Shown in pieces: positions 19,710 to 29,394 of a stretch of 64,000 nucleotides of DNA. Origin of the DNA: an uncultured bacterium (GTDB lineage: Bacteria > Krumholzibacteriota > Krumholzibacteriia > LZORAL124-64-63). The notes below the pieces were generated by a model. The model was not told where the DNA came from, ran no database searches, and was given only the letters and a program-made list of their open reading frames with translations. The translations under genes were made by a program, and so were the position numbers. The stretch lies in the NCBI GenBank assembly GCA_963732385.1, contig CAVSZB010000002.1:192001-256000 (forward strand). Reading direction: 5' to 3'. Numbering within the stretch: the stretch's first letter is position 1; the number at the start of each line of letters is the position of its first letter.

Positions 19710-19832
19710 ATCCTGCCCCCGATCAGGGAAGGCGGCGTCAAGCACGGAACCCGGACGAAACCGGCCCGTTCCTGGCTGCAGCGGCCGGGTTCCGTGCCGG
19801 GGCACCCAAACGATGATCCCCGGGAGGATCAC
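19707..19832. repeat. 126-bp symmetric palindromic element (REPIN/MITE-like)
   Basis: Outer GTGATCCTGCCCCCGATC / GATCCCCGGGAGGATCAC; inner perfect 13-bp inverted repeat GCACGGAACCCGG (19742-19754) / CCGGGTTCCGTGC (19785-19797); 17 nt gap on each side. Confidence 0.8.
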
Positions 19833-19882
19833 CGACTCCGGGATCAACCGCCCCGGCCCTGCGGAGCCACGGTACCGAGGCA

Positions 19883-20050
19883 GTCACCGCGGCCACGGCG
19901 GGTTACCGCGGCCACGGCGGGTTACCGCGGCCACGGCGGGTCACCGCCGCCACGGCGGGTCACGGCGGCCACGGCGGGTCACCGCGGCCGCGCCGGCACC
20001 GCCCGCCACGCCCGGCCGCGCCGGCACCGCCCGCCACGCCCGGCCACGCC
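19883..20050. repeat. Tandem arrays: about 5.5 x 19-bp GTYACCGCGGCCACGGCGG, then 2 x 28-bp CCGCGCCGGCACCGCCCGCCACGCCCGG
   Basis: Read directly from the sequence. Confidence 0.9.
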
Positions 20051-20080
20051 CTCGCCGCGGGCCGCGCGCCGGCCGCGCGC

Positions 20081-21337
20081 TCAGGCCGCCGCAACCTCCG
20101 CCAGCGCCGCCTCGAAGCCGTCGACGAGGAGGCGGATCTCGGCCTCGCTGACGACGAACGGCGGCGAGACCTGGAGGGCCACGCCGCGGAGCACCCGGGT
20201 GAGGATCCCGCGCCGGCGCAGCGCCGCGACGACCACCTCGGGGGCGTTGGGGCTCGCTGCCAGCACGGCCTCGTCGAGCTCGACGGCGGCGAGGAGCCCG
20301 GCGACCCGCGTCTCGCCGACGAGCGGCGTGTCGTCGAGGCGGCCAATCTCCCGCTCCAGGACGGGCTCAAGGGCCTGGACGCGGACGAGCAGGTCCTCCC
20401 GCTCGAGGATGTCGAGGTTCGCCAGCGCCGCGGCGCAGGCGGTCGCGTGGCCGCTGTACGTGTACCCGTGGCGGAAGACCGCGCCGGCGTCCCCGTCCCA
20501 GAACGGCTCCTGGACCCGTCGGCCGACGAGGACGCCGCCGAGCGGGAGGTACCCCGACGTCACGCCCTTCGCGAACGTGATCATGTCCGGCGCGATCTCG
20601 AAGCGCTCGCTGGCGAACATCGTGCCCAGCCGCCCGAACCCGGTGATCACCTCGTCGGCGACGAGAAGGACGCCGTGCGCGTCGCACAGACGGGTGACCG
20701 CCTCCCAGTAGCCGTCCTCCGGCGGGATCACGCCGCCGGCGCCGATCACCGGCTCGCCGATGAAGGCGGCGATCTCCCGGCCCCGCTCGTGGAAGAGGCG
20801 CTCCAGCTCCTCGACGTCGTGCGCCGACACCTGGATCGTGTCACCCACGAGCGGTCCGCCGTAGCCGGCCTGCATCGCCGGGATCCCCGACAGCCCTGTG
20901 CCGAACGCGTGCATCCCGTGATAGGCGTGCTCGCGGCTCACGATGAGGCGCTTCTCCGGGTGGCCGAGGGCATCCCAGTAGCGCCGGGCCAGCTTGGCGG
21001 CCGTGTCGACGCCGTCGGAGCCACCCGAGCCGAAGAAGGCGACGGCGTCCTCCATCGGTGCCAGCCGGGCCAGCCGATCGGCGAGCTCGAGGGTCGGCGC
21101 GGTGGCGAACGGCCCGAAGTTCGAGTAGGCGGCGAGGGCGCCGAGCTGGGCGGCGGCGGCCTCCGCGATCTCGGTCCGCCCGTGGCCGACGTTGCAGTAC
21201 CAGAGGCCCGCCGTCGCGTCGAGATATCGCCGCCCGTCGGCGTCCTCGATCCAGGCACCGTTGCCGCGCACGAGGACCAGCTCGTGGTCCCGGACCCGGT
21301 GCATGTCGGCGAAGGGGTGCCAGTAGCGAGTCGGCAT
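20081..21337 (-). CDS. Class III aminotransferase (omega-amino acid/putrescine:pyruvate type)
   Basis: YWHPF, YLDATAGLW, AYHG, EPVIGAGG, DEVITGFGRLG, FAKGVTSGY, HGYTYSGH. Confidence 0.93.
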   Translation of the reverse strand: MPTRYWHPFADMHRVRDHELVLVRGNGAWIEDADGRRYLDATAGLWYCNVGHGRTEIAEAAAAQLGALAAYSNFGPFATAPTLELADRLARLAPMEDAVAFFGSGGSDGVDTAAKLARRYWDALGHPEKRLIVSREHAYHGMHAFGTGLSGIPAMQAGYGGPLVGDTIQVSAHDVEELERLFHERGREIAAFIGEPVIGAGGVIPPEDGYWEAVTRLCDAHGVLLVADEVITGFGRLGTMFASERFEIAPDMITFAKGVTSGYLPLGGVLVGRRVQEPFWDGDAGAVFRHGYTYSGHATACAAALANLDILEREDLLVRVQALEPVLEREIGRLDDTPLVGETRVAGLLAAVELDEAVLAASPNAPEVVVAALRRRGILTRVLRGVALQVSPPFVVSEAEIRLLVDGFEAALAEVAAA

Positions 21338-21383
21338 GGGGACGGCGATCTCCTGCTGGCGGTGGGGCCGGTCGCTCTCGGGG

Positions 21384-22274
21384 TCAGGACCCCGGGATGC
21401 GCCGCCGCGCAGGACGATACTGCCCCAGCGCGGCGCTTCGTGCGTCGATCGCCCGTGGATCGAGACGGGCGAGGATCTCCTCGCGTCCGCCGGCGACCGC
21501 GTCGGCCGCCTCGCCGAGCATCTCCAGGACGGCTCGCGCCCGATCCGGGGCGAGGGCGGCAAGGCTCCCCGACGGGGCGACGCCGACGCGCTGCAGCCCC
21601 CGTCCGCGCGTCGAGGCAGCGTAGCTCGCGGCCCAGATGACGTCCTCCAGTCGCGTCCGGCGCCGCCCGGCCGCGTCGCCGACCCCGACGACGATCCCCC
21701 GCTCGCCCGGCGCAGCCGCGACGAGACGCCAGCTCTCGGGGCCGTCGAGGAGGTCGAGCAGGTAGGACCGGTATGGGGCGGCGAACATGGCGTCGGCACC
21801 GAGCCGGATCGCGTCGCCGCCGGTGATCGCGAGCGCGACGTGCAGGTCGGAGCCGATCCCCACGAGGAGGGCCACGTGGGCGGCGGCGAACGCAGCTCGC
21901 CCGGGCTCGTCGGCCGGGAGAGAAGCCGCCGGCTCGTGGACCTCGACCACCGGGCAGCCCGCCGCCGCAAGGTCGACTAGACCCGCGTGGAGCCTGCCTG
22001 CGGCCTCGAGTGCCCCGGCGGGCCCTCCACCAGTGGACCACGGCCCTGCAACGGCGATCTTCACCGGCAGCCCAGGTGTCAGCCGCACGGCCGCGTCGCG
22101 GGCCGCCCGCCAGGCCGCCACGAGCGCATCCGACGCCGACCCTGCCCCGTGGACCCGCCCGTCGGCGAGGAGCCCCAGCCCCGCCTCCACCTGGGCTCCG
22201 ACGACGGCCGTGAGCGCCTCGTCTGCGGTGAGGTCGGCCGGCCACGGGTACCCGCCGGCGAGCGTCGCGAACAT
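21384..22274 (-). CDS. MetE-like (cobalamin-independent methionine synthase barrel) protein with degenerate Zn site
   Basis: ATLAGGYP, QVEAGLGLLADG, KIAVAGPWS, AGCPVVEVHEP, VVGVGD, VAPSGSL. Confidence 0.6.
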   Translation of the reverse strand: MFATLAGGYPWPADLTADEALTAVVGAQVEAGLGLLADGRVHGAGSASDALVAAWRAARDAAVRLTPGLPVKIAVAGPWSTGGGPAGALEAAGRLHAGLVDLAAAGCPVVEVHEPAASLPADEPGRAAFAAAHVALLVGIGSDLHVALAITGGDAIRLGADAMFAAPYRSYLLDLLDGPESWRLVAAAPGERGIVVGVGDAAGRRRTRLEDVIWAASYAASTRGRGLQRVGVAPSGSLAALAPDRARAVLEMLGEAADAVAGGREEILARLDPRAIDARSAALGQYRPARRRIPGS

Positions 22275-22380
22275 GGGGGAAGGCTAGCCGATCGTGACCG
22301 GCCTCCCGACCCCGACCCCGACCCCGACCCCGCGGGGCGCGATCGCGCCGACCGCGCCCCGCGCCGGCTACACTCGCCGC

Positions 22381-23361
22381 GTGAGCTCCACCCGTCCCGA
22401 TCCACCGGCCGAGGTCAAGGCCGCCGCCCACGCCCGCTCCGCGGCCCGCGCCGATCACGACTGGGCCCGCGCAGACGCTCTGAAGCAGGAGATCGAGGCC
22501 GCCGGCTGGAAGGTGATCGACCGTGGCACCGACTTCCGCCTTGATCCGGCGGTGCCGCCCACCGTCGAGGCGGGCGGCACGGTCCGCTACGGGTCGGCGG
22601 CGGCCGTGCCCTCGCTCCTTGTCGAGGATCCGTCGGCGACCTTCACGGTGCAGCTCGTGGCCGAGGACTGGCCGACCGACCTCGCGCGGATGCTCGCCGG
22701 CCTCCGCGCCCACGCGCCCTCCCGGACCCAGGTGATCGTCGTCGCCAACGCCCCGTCGCCGGCCCAGGTGGACCGCCTGTCCGCCGGGCACCCCGACCTC
22801 GCCGACATCGCCGGCTCGCCCCCCGAGGTCGTCTGGACCAGCGAGCGCCTCGGCCATGCGGCCGTCCGCAACATCGGCCTGCAGCGCTCCCGCGGCGAGC
22901 TCGTCGTCCTTGCCGAGACCTCCACCGAGCCGGTCGGCGACGCCCTGACGCCGCTGGCCGCCGTCATGGACGATCCGTCGGTCGCCGTCGTGGGTGGGTT
23001 CGGCCTCGTCTCGGCCGACCTGCGGCAGTTCGAGGACGCCCCCGGGCCCGAGGCCGACGCCATCGAGCTGTCCTGGCTCGGCTTCCGGCGCGACGACTAC
23101 ATCGCTCTCGGTCCCCTCGACGAGAAGTTCGGCTTCTATCGCCACCTCGACACCTGGTGGAGTCTCGTGCTGCGCGCCGGCGCCGACCCGGATGTCCCGG
23201 CCCGCCGGGCGGTCCGCCTCGAGCTGCCGCTCGTCCGCCACGAGCATCGCGGCTGGGCCAGCCTCTCGGACGCGGACCGCGACCGCCTCGGAAAGCGCAA
23301 CTTCTACCGCGTCCTCGAGCGCTTCCGCGACCGCCCGGACCTCCGCTCCAGGCTGCGCTGA
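22381..23361 (+). CDS. CysRS C-terminal-like domain fused to a GT2 (GT-A fold) glycosyltransferase-like domain; the start may be 22294
   Basis: ARSAARADHDWARADALKQEIEAAGWKVID; VIVVAN, LGHAAVRNIGL..SRGELVVL, GPLDEKFGFY, VRHEH. Confidence 0.7.
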   Translation: MSSTRPDPPAEVKAAAHARSAARADHDWARADALKQEIEAAGWKVIDRGTDFRLDPAVPPTVEAGGTVRYGSAAAVPSLLVEDPSATFTVQLVAEDWPTDLARMLAGLRAHAPSRTQVIVVANAPSPAQVDRLSAGHPDLADIAGSPPEVVWTSERLGHAAVRNIGLQRSRGELVVLAETSTEPVGDALTPLAAVMDDPSVAVVGGFGLVSADLRQFEDAPGPEADAIELSWLGFRRDDYIALGPLDEKFGFYRHLDTWWSLVLRAGADPDVPARRAVRLELPLVRHEHRGWASLSDADRDRLGKRNFYRVLERFRDRPDLRSRLR

Positions 23362-23403
23362 CCGAGGCCCCATCCGCCGGCCCTCCGAACGCGAAGAGGG
23401 GGC

Positions 23404-24198
23404 GTGGAAGCACTCCTCTCCTCCCGACCCCTCAGCGAGCTGCGCGTCAAGATCGGCGCGCCCGGGACGCGTTGGTATACTCGGGCGGGTCGCCCGAGCC
23501 TGTCCTCCACCGGGCAGATGCGCGGCGGCGGCCGTGCTGCGGCGTCGGCCACGACGGAGTCGCCCTTGACTGGAGAGTCCACTCGCCCCGAGATCGACGC
23601 CCGGCGCGCCGAGGAGGTTGCGCTGCTCGTCCGGATACGGGAGAAGGACGAGCGGGCGATCGAGGCCCTCTACGCCCGCTACTCGGGGCCCCTGTACTCC
23701 CTGGCCTATCAGGTCACCGGCGCCGACCGCTTCGCCCAGGACGTGGTCCAGGAGGTGTTCGTCGCCGTCTGGAAGGACGCCGCGCGCTTCGACCCGAGCC
23801 GCGGCGCCGTCTCCTCCTGGCTCTTCGCCCTCGCCCGGCACAAGGCGATCGACCTCGTTCGCAAGGAGCAGAACGTCCGCAAGCACACCGCCGACGTCGA
23901 CCTCGAGTTCCACGAGGCAGACGACGACGTCGAGCGGGAAGCCTGGCTGCGGCTCCGCCGGGACACCGTGAGGGCAGCCATCCAGCAGCTCCCGGAGGCC
24001 CAGCGGACCGCCCTCGAGCTGGCCTTCTTCGCCGGCCTGACGCACGTCGAAGTCGCCGAGAAGCTCGACATCCCCCTCGGGACCGCCAAGACCCGCATCC
24101 GCACGGCCCTCCTCAAGCTGCGTGACATCCTGGGCCCCAGCGTGTCCGAGATCGACCCCCGCGAGACCCCATGGATCACCGAACCTTCCGCGAGCTAG
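23404..24198 (+). CDS. ECF sigma-70 factor (SigK-like); the start may be 23518
   Basis: AQDVVQEVF, WLFALARHKAID, LELAFFAGLTHVEVAEKLDIPLGTAKTRIR. Confidence 0.92.
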   Translation: MEALLSSRPLSELRVKIGAPGTRWYTRAGRPSLSSTGQMRGGGRAAASATTESPLTGESTRPEIDARRAEEVALLVRIREKDERAIEALYARYSGPLYSLAYQVTGADRFAQDVVQEVFVAVWKDAARFDPSRGAVSSWLFALARHKAIDLVRKEQNVRKHTADVDLEFHEADDDVEREAWLRLRRDTVRAAIQQLPEAQRTALELAFFAGLTHVEVAEKLDIPLGTAKTRIRTALLKLRDILGPSVSEIDPRETPWITEPSAS

Positions 24199-25040
24199 CC
24201 GCCGGCGCGGCCCTCGACGACCTCGACGACGCCGAGCGCGCGTCGCTCGACGTCCACCTGGCGTTCTGCTCGCCCTGTCGGAGCGAGGCCCGCGAGCTCG
24301 TCGACACGGCGGGGCTTCTCTCCTTCGCCGTTCCGTCCCGCCGTCCGCCGGCGTCCCTGCGCGGCGGCATCCTTGCTGCGATCGCAGTGGCCGAGGGCCG
24401 GCCGGTCGGCGTGCCCGCCGCAGCGCTCGCCGACGCCGGCGCGATATCGATCCCTGCCGTCGCTGAGGCGACCCTGACGTCGGCGACGTCCGACGTCGTC
24501 GATCTCGAGACGCTGCGTCGCGAGCGGTCCCGCTACCGGCGTCTGTCGTTCGCCGGGCTCGCCGCCGCCGCCGTCCTCGCGATCGCCCTCGGCGCCCTGG
24601 GCACGACGGCCGCCGGCCTCGACAGCCGGCTCCGGCAGGCCACGACCGAGCGCGACGTCGCCGTCGCCCAGCTCGCCCGGACCGACCAGGCGATGGCGGT
24701 CGTCCTCGCTCCCGACCATGCCACGGCCCAGCTGACCCCCGAGGCGATGGCAGCCGATGCGTCCGTCTACGTCGTCTACCGACCCGGGACCACCGAGGCC
24801 TGGCTGATGGCCGGCAACCTTCCCGAGCCCCCGGAAGGCCACGTGTACCAGCTGTGGTCGGCGGACGCCGCCGGCGTCCACGCCCTGTCGACGTTCACCT
24901 GCAGCGGCGCCGAGGCCTGCCTCGCCCCGTTCGGCGTCGACCTCGCCGACGCGACGGCAACGATGGTCACGCTCGAGCCGACCGGCGGTGCGCAGGGCCA
25001 GCCGGGCCCCCAGGTGGCGTTCGGCGAGCTCGAGGGCTGA
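24171..25040 (+). CDS. Anti-sigma factor (RskA-like, with an HxxxCxxC zinc motif)
   Basis: HLAFCSPC, a TM helix, YQLW, VTLEPTGG..P. Confidence 0.88.
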   Translation: MDHRTFRELAAGAALDDLDDAERASLDVHLAFCSPCRSEARELVDTAGLLSFAVPSRRPPASLRGGILAAIAVAEGRPVGVPAAALADAGAISIPAVAEATLTSATSDVVDLETLRRERSRYRRLSFAGLAAAAVLAIALGALGTTAAGLDSRLRQATTERDVAVAQLARTDQAMAVVLAPDHATAQLTPEAMAADASVYVVYRPGTTEAWLMAGNLPEPPEGHVYQLWSADAAGVHALSTFTCSGAEACLAPFGVDLADATATMVTLEPTGGAQGQPGPQVAFGELEG

Positions 25041-25092
25041 GGGCGCGAAGGCGCCGCGACCCGCGCTGGCGCCCCGGTTCCCGCGCGCGAGC

Positions 25093-25611
25093 TCAGCGAG
25101 CCGCGTCGGCCCCCCGCGCTCCTTCCAGCACGAGGAGGCGCCGCTTCGCCTCGACGCCGCCCGCGTAGCCCGTGAGCGAGCCGTCGGCCCCCACGACCCG
25201 GTGGCACGGGATCACGATCGAGATGGGGTTGCGGGCAACGGCCGAGCCGACGGCACGGCCTGCACCGGGCCGCCCCAGCCGAGCCGCCAGCTCGCCGTAC
25301 GTGATCGTGGTGCCGGCCGGGATCGCGCGGAGGAGCTCCCAGGTGCGCTGCTGGAATGGCGTGCCCGCCCGGAACGCCACCGGGATCGCCGCCGTGGCGG
25401 TCGCGTGCCCACCGAGATGCGCGTCGATCGCGGCGACGATCGGCGCGAACGCCGCGGGGTCCTCTCGCCAGGCCGGGTCGGCGGCGGGCCCGCGCCGATG
25501 GTCGGGCAGGTAGCAGCCGGTCAGGACGGTCGTGCCGTCGGCCCTCGCCTCGCCCACGAGGAGCAGCTCGCCGAGAGCGCTCGGGTGGCGGGCGCAGATG
25601 GTGGTCGTCAT
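25093..25611 (-). CDS. ogt: Methylated-DNA--protein-cysteine methyltransferase
   Basis: [31 protein letters not shown]. Confidence 0.92.
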   Translation of the reverse strand: MTTTICARHPSALGELLLVGEARADGTTVLTGCYLPDHRRGPAADPAWREDPAAFAPIVAAIDAHLGGHATATAAIPVAFRAGTPFQQRTWELLRAIPAGTTITYGELAARLGRPGAGRAVGSAVARNPISIVIPCHRVVGADGSLTGYAGGVEAKRRLLVLEGARGADAAR

Positions 25612-27132
25612 CGGGATCCTCCCTCGTCGGTCACGCGCGGTCGATGGGCTCGGGCCGACGGGAGATCCGCCAGCGACGCCCAGAGGTGATGAACGGCGTA
25701 CGAGCGCCACGGCCGCCAGCGCTCGGCCCGAGCTGCAAGGGCGCGTGGGTCGGCCTGCACGCCGGGCTCGACGAGCCCGCCCCGCTCCCCGTACGCCCGG
25801 CGGAGGGCGACGTCGCCCGGGAGGAGCACGTCCGGATCGCCGAGCGCCCGCATCGCGACGTAGGCCGCGGTCCACGGGCCGACGCCCCGGATGCCCCGCA
25901 GGCGCCGGACCGCCTCGTCGCGGTCGACGCCGGGATCGAGCCGGAGCCGCCCACCGGCCAGCTCGCCGGCAACGCCCCGCAGCGCGTCGCGGCGGACCGG
26001 GGGTCCCGGCAGCGTCGCCGGCTCGGCGGCCGCCACGACGTCGGCATCCGGGAACAGGTGCGAGAGGCCGCCGCTCGGTGCTGCGAGTGGCACGCCGTGC
26101 GTCGCGACCAGCCGTCCGGCGAGGGTCCGCGCGGCCGCGACCGTGATCCCCTGCCCCAGGATCGCCCGCAGGGCGAGCTCGGTGCCGTCGGCAGCCCCCG
26201 GTGAACGGCGCCCCGGCACGGCCCGGACGAGCTCGGCGAGGAGAGGATCCTCGCCGAGCACCGCGTCCACCGCCACGGGGTCGGCGTCGAGGTCGAGGAG
26301 TCGCCGGCAGCGGGCGACCGCCGGGCCGAGGTCGCGGGGGTCGGCGAGGGCCAGCGTGCAGCGTATGGCCTCGCCGCCGTTGTCGCAGCTCGACGATTGC
26401 CGGCCCGTGCGGCAGGGCCAGGCGTCCGCCGGAACGTCCCGTCCACGACCTCTTCGACGCCCGGGACGGCGCGCGCCGCGAGGAAGGCGAGGAGCGCATC
26501 CCAGGCGAACGGTGACCGGCGGGCGAGGCGCAGCTCGATCCGGCCGGCGGGTGCCGGGCTTCCCGGCCGGCGTGCGCGCGGAGGTCCGTCGGCGCCGCGG
26601 CAAAGACGTCGCGGATCGTCGCGTTGAACTGGCGCAGCTGAGCCGAACCCGGCCGCGAAGGCGATCTCGGTGATCGGCAGGTCGGTCGTCTCGAGAAGGA
26701 GGCGGGCGACGTGGGCGCGCTGCGCGCGGGCGAGCGCGAGCGGCCCCGCTCCAGGTCCGCGACGAGGTGGCGACGCACCTGGCGCTCGCTGTAGCCGAGC
26801 CTCCCGGCGAGCCCTGGAACACCGTCCCGCTCCACGACGCCGTCGGCGATCAGGTGCATCGCCCGACCTGCGAGGTCGGCCCGAAGGTCCCAGGCCGGCG
26901 ACCCGGGGACGGCCCCGGGACGCAGCGCTTGCAGGCGCGGAAGCCGGCCGCCTGCGCGGCCGCGGCCGTCGGGTAGAAGCGCACGTGTGCGGGACGCGGC
27001 GTCGCGGCGCGGGCAGCTCGGCCGGCAGTAGATGCCGGTCGAGGTCACGGCCGTGAAGAACCAGCCGTCGAAGCGGGCGTCGCGGCTGCGGACCGCCCGG
27101 TAGCGCTGCTCGAAGTCGAGGTCGAAGGCCAT
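25608..27132 (-). CDS. alkA: Ada-AlkA fusion (Ada Zn domain + AraC HTH + 3-methyladenine glycosylase), frameshifted
   Basis: [43 protein letters not shown]. Confidence 0.88.
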
Positions 27133-27269
27133 GCCGGCAGGATCGCACGGCGGCCGGGGGGATGCTCGCGGGTTTCGGCCATCGCGAGCGTGGCCACCAC
27201 GGGCGGTGGGCAGATCGCGGCGAGTCGAGCCCGCGAGCCGACGCCGCGCCGGGACCGGCGAGCTGGGGG

Positions 27270-28507
27270 CTAGAGCGTGGCGCCCCCGGCAACGAGGAGG
27301 ACCGCAGTCGCCACGGGCACCACGGCCACCGCGAGCCACTGCACGGCGACCGGCAGGCGGCCCACCGCCAGGCCCCGCGCCGTCGACCCCGGCGCGCCGA
27401 CGGGCCCGGCGGGCGGCGTCCCGGCCCGGTCGAAGCGACGGGCCGCTGCCAGTACGAGGCCAGCGTGGACCGGATGGGAGGAACGACGAAGCCGAGCCAC
27501 AGGCCGGCGAGAAGGCCCCCGACATGGGCCGCGTTGTCGATCCGGACGCCGAGCAGGGCCCCGAACCCGAAGCCGATGATGAGATTGAGGACGACGAGGA
27601 AGCCGATCTGGCTCATGATCGCCCGCCCGCGGCGGTCGAGGACCGGCCGGTGGACGAGGCTGACGACGACGAGGATGCCGCAGAGGCCGAAGATCGCGCC
27701 CGAGGCCCCCACGCTGGGAGCCGGGCCGCCGAAGGTGAAGCTGGCCGCGGAGGCGGCCGCCGCCGTCAGGACGTAGAACAGGACGAACCGCGCGGAGCCG
27801 TACAGCTGCTCCACGAGCGGGCCGACGAGGTACAGGAAGTACATGTTGAAGAGCAGGTGCATCCAGCTGCCGTGGACGAGCACCGGTGTCACGAGCCGCC
27901 ACAGCTCACCCTCGGCGACGCCCTGCTTGTCGAGCCAGAGCGCCGTCAGCAGCTCCTGCGCCGCCGGCTGGAAGGCGATGACGGACGTGAGGACCGTGAT
28001 CGCGATGATGGCGTAGGTCGCCCGCGGCGATGGATCGTCGGCACGGCTCCGCGAGAACCAACGCCCGGCGGCGCGGGTGTCGCCGAGCTCCTTGTTGAGC
28101 CAGCCGAGGCGCGAGGCGATCTCGGGGCGGTCAGCGGCCGGTGCCCGTCGCTCGGCCTCGCGGTAGGCGTCCCGCGCGCCGCGCAGGTCGCCGTCGCGGA
28201 CCCGGGCGGCGGCCACCTGGCGGAACGCCCGGTACGTGATCGGGTTCTCGGGGAGCTGGGTCGCCTGCTCCCAGCACTGGCGCGCCCCCTCGTCGTCGTC
28301 GAGCCGGTAGAGCGCCTCGCCGGCGCCCACGAGCGCTGCCGCGGTGAGGCCGGGGTCGGGCATCCCCACGAGCCGCCCGTAGGCGACCCGCGCGGCCGCG
28401 TACTCGCCCGTGGCGAGGAGCTCGTCGGCCCGGGCCAGGAGGGCGGCGGCGGTTGCCCGGTCGAGCGGGCCGGAGGCTCGTGGGTCGGAGACGGTGGGAC
28501 CGGTCAT
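27270..28507 (-). CDS. TPR-containing rhomboid intramembrane serine protease (frameshift near the 3' end)
   Basis: N-terminal TPR-like helices; WRLVT..H..H..FN, GASGA, AHVGG. Confidence 0.88.
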
Positions 28508-28625
28508 CGTCGCGACCGTAGCAGATGGACGACCGGGGCGCCGTCGGGGCCGGGACGACCTGTCCGCCCGATCGGCTGGCATCTCGGACGGCCCCCGGAG
28601 CGCGCTCCGCACTACACTCACGCGC

Positions 28626-29345
28626 ATGTGCGGGCGCTTCACCCAGCAGCGGCCGAGCGCCGAGCTCGCCGCCCTCTTCGCGGCCGAGGATCTGGCCGAG
28701 AGCCCCGGAGAGCGGTACAACCTCGCCCCCCAGCAGCTCGGGCTCGTCGTCGTCGAGCGCGAGGACCTGCGACGGGCGATCGTCCCCTACCGCTGGGGGC
28801 TCATCCCGTCCTGGGCGAAGGAGGCGAAGACCGGGAACCGGCTCATCAACGCCCGGGCCGAGACGGTGGCCAGCACGCCCGCCTTTCGCGCGTCGTTCGC
28901 GAAGCGGCGCTGCATCGTCCCCGCCGACGGGTTCTACGAATGGGAGCGGAAGTCCCCCGAGATCCGCCAGCCGAACCTCATCCGGCGGATCGACGGCGAG
29001 CCGATGGCGTTCGCCGGCCTGTGGTCGATCTGGCGCGATCCGGCCGAGCCCGACGCCGAGCCCGTTCGGACCTTCTCGATCATCACGACGGGGGCGAACG
29101 CGACGCTCGAGCCGATCCACGATCGGATGCCGGCGATCCTCGCGCCGGCCGACTGGGCCCGCTGGCTCGCGCCCGCGCCGCCCGACGCCGGCGAGCTCCT
29201 CGCCCTGCTCCGGCCGGCCGACGACGGCCTGCTCGAGCGGTTCCCCGTATCCAAGCGCGTCAACAACGCGCGGAACGAGGGCCCCGACCTCGTGATGCCG
29301 CTCGGACCGTCCGGGCCGGAGCCCGGCGAGATCGTGCCGGTCTGA
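28626..29345 (+). CDS. SOS response-associated peptidase (SRAP/YedK/HMCES family)
   Basis: MCGRF N-terminus, YNLAP, WGLIP, INARAET, GFYEW, HDRMP. Confidence 0.95.
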   Translation: MCGRFTQQRPSAELAALFAAEDLAESPGERYNLAPQQLGLVVVEREDLRRAIVPYRWGLIPSWAKEAKTGNRLINARAETVASTPAFRASFAKRRCIVPADGFYEWERKSPEIRQPNLIRRIDGEPMAFAGLWSIWRDPAEPDAEPVRTFSIITTGANATLEPIHDRMPAILAPADWARWLAPAPPDAGELLALLRPADDGLLERFPVSKRVNNARNEGPDLVMPLGPSGPEPGEIVPV

Positions 29346-29394
29346 TCGGCGCCTCGAGGCCCGGGCGCTCACCGCCGCGGCGCACGCCGCGAGA

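Noticed and set aside
19549..19990. CRISPR array
   Set aside because: The repeats are head-to-tail with no unique spacers, and there are no cas genes in the window.
20938..24045. Very long Arg/Pro/Gly-rich ORFs in the track (e.g. 20938-24045, 9791-12706, 27131-29557)
   Set aside because: Shadow ORFs caused by stop-codon scarcity at very high GC; they overlap well-supported genes.
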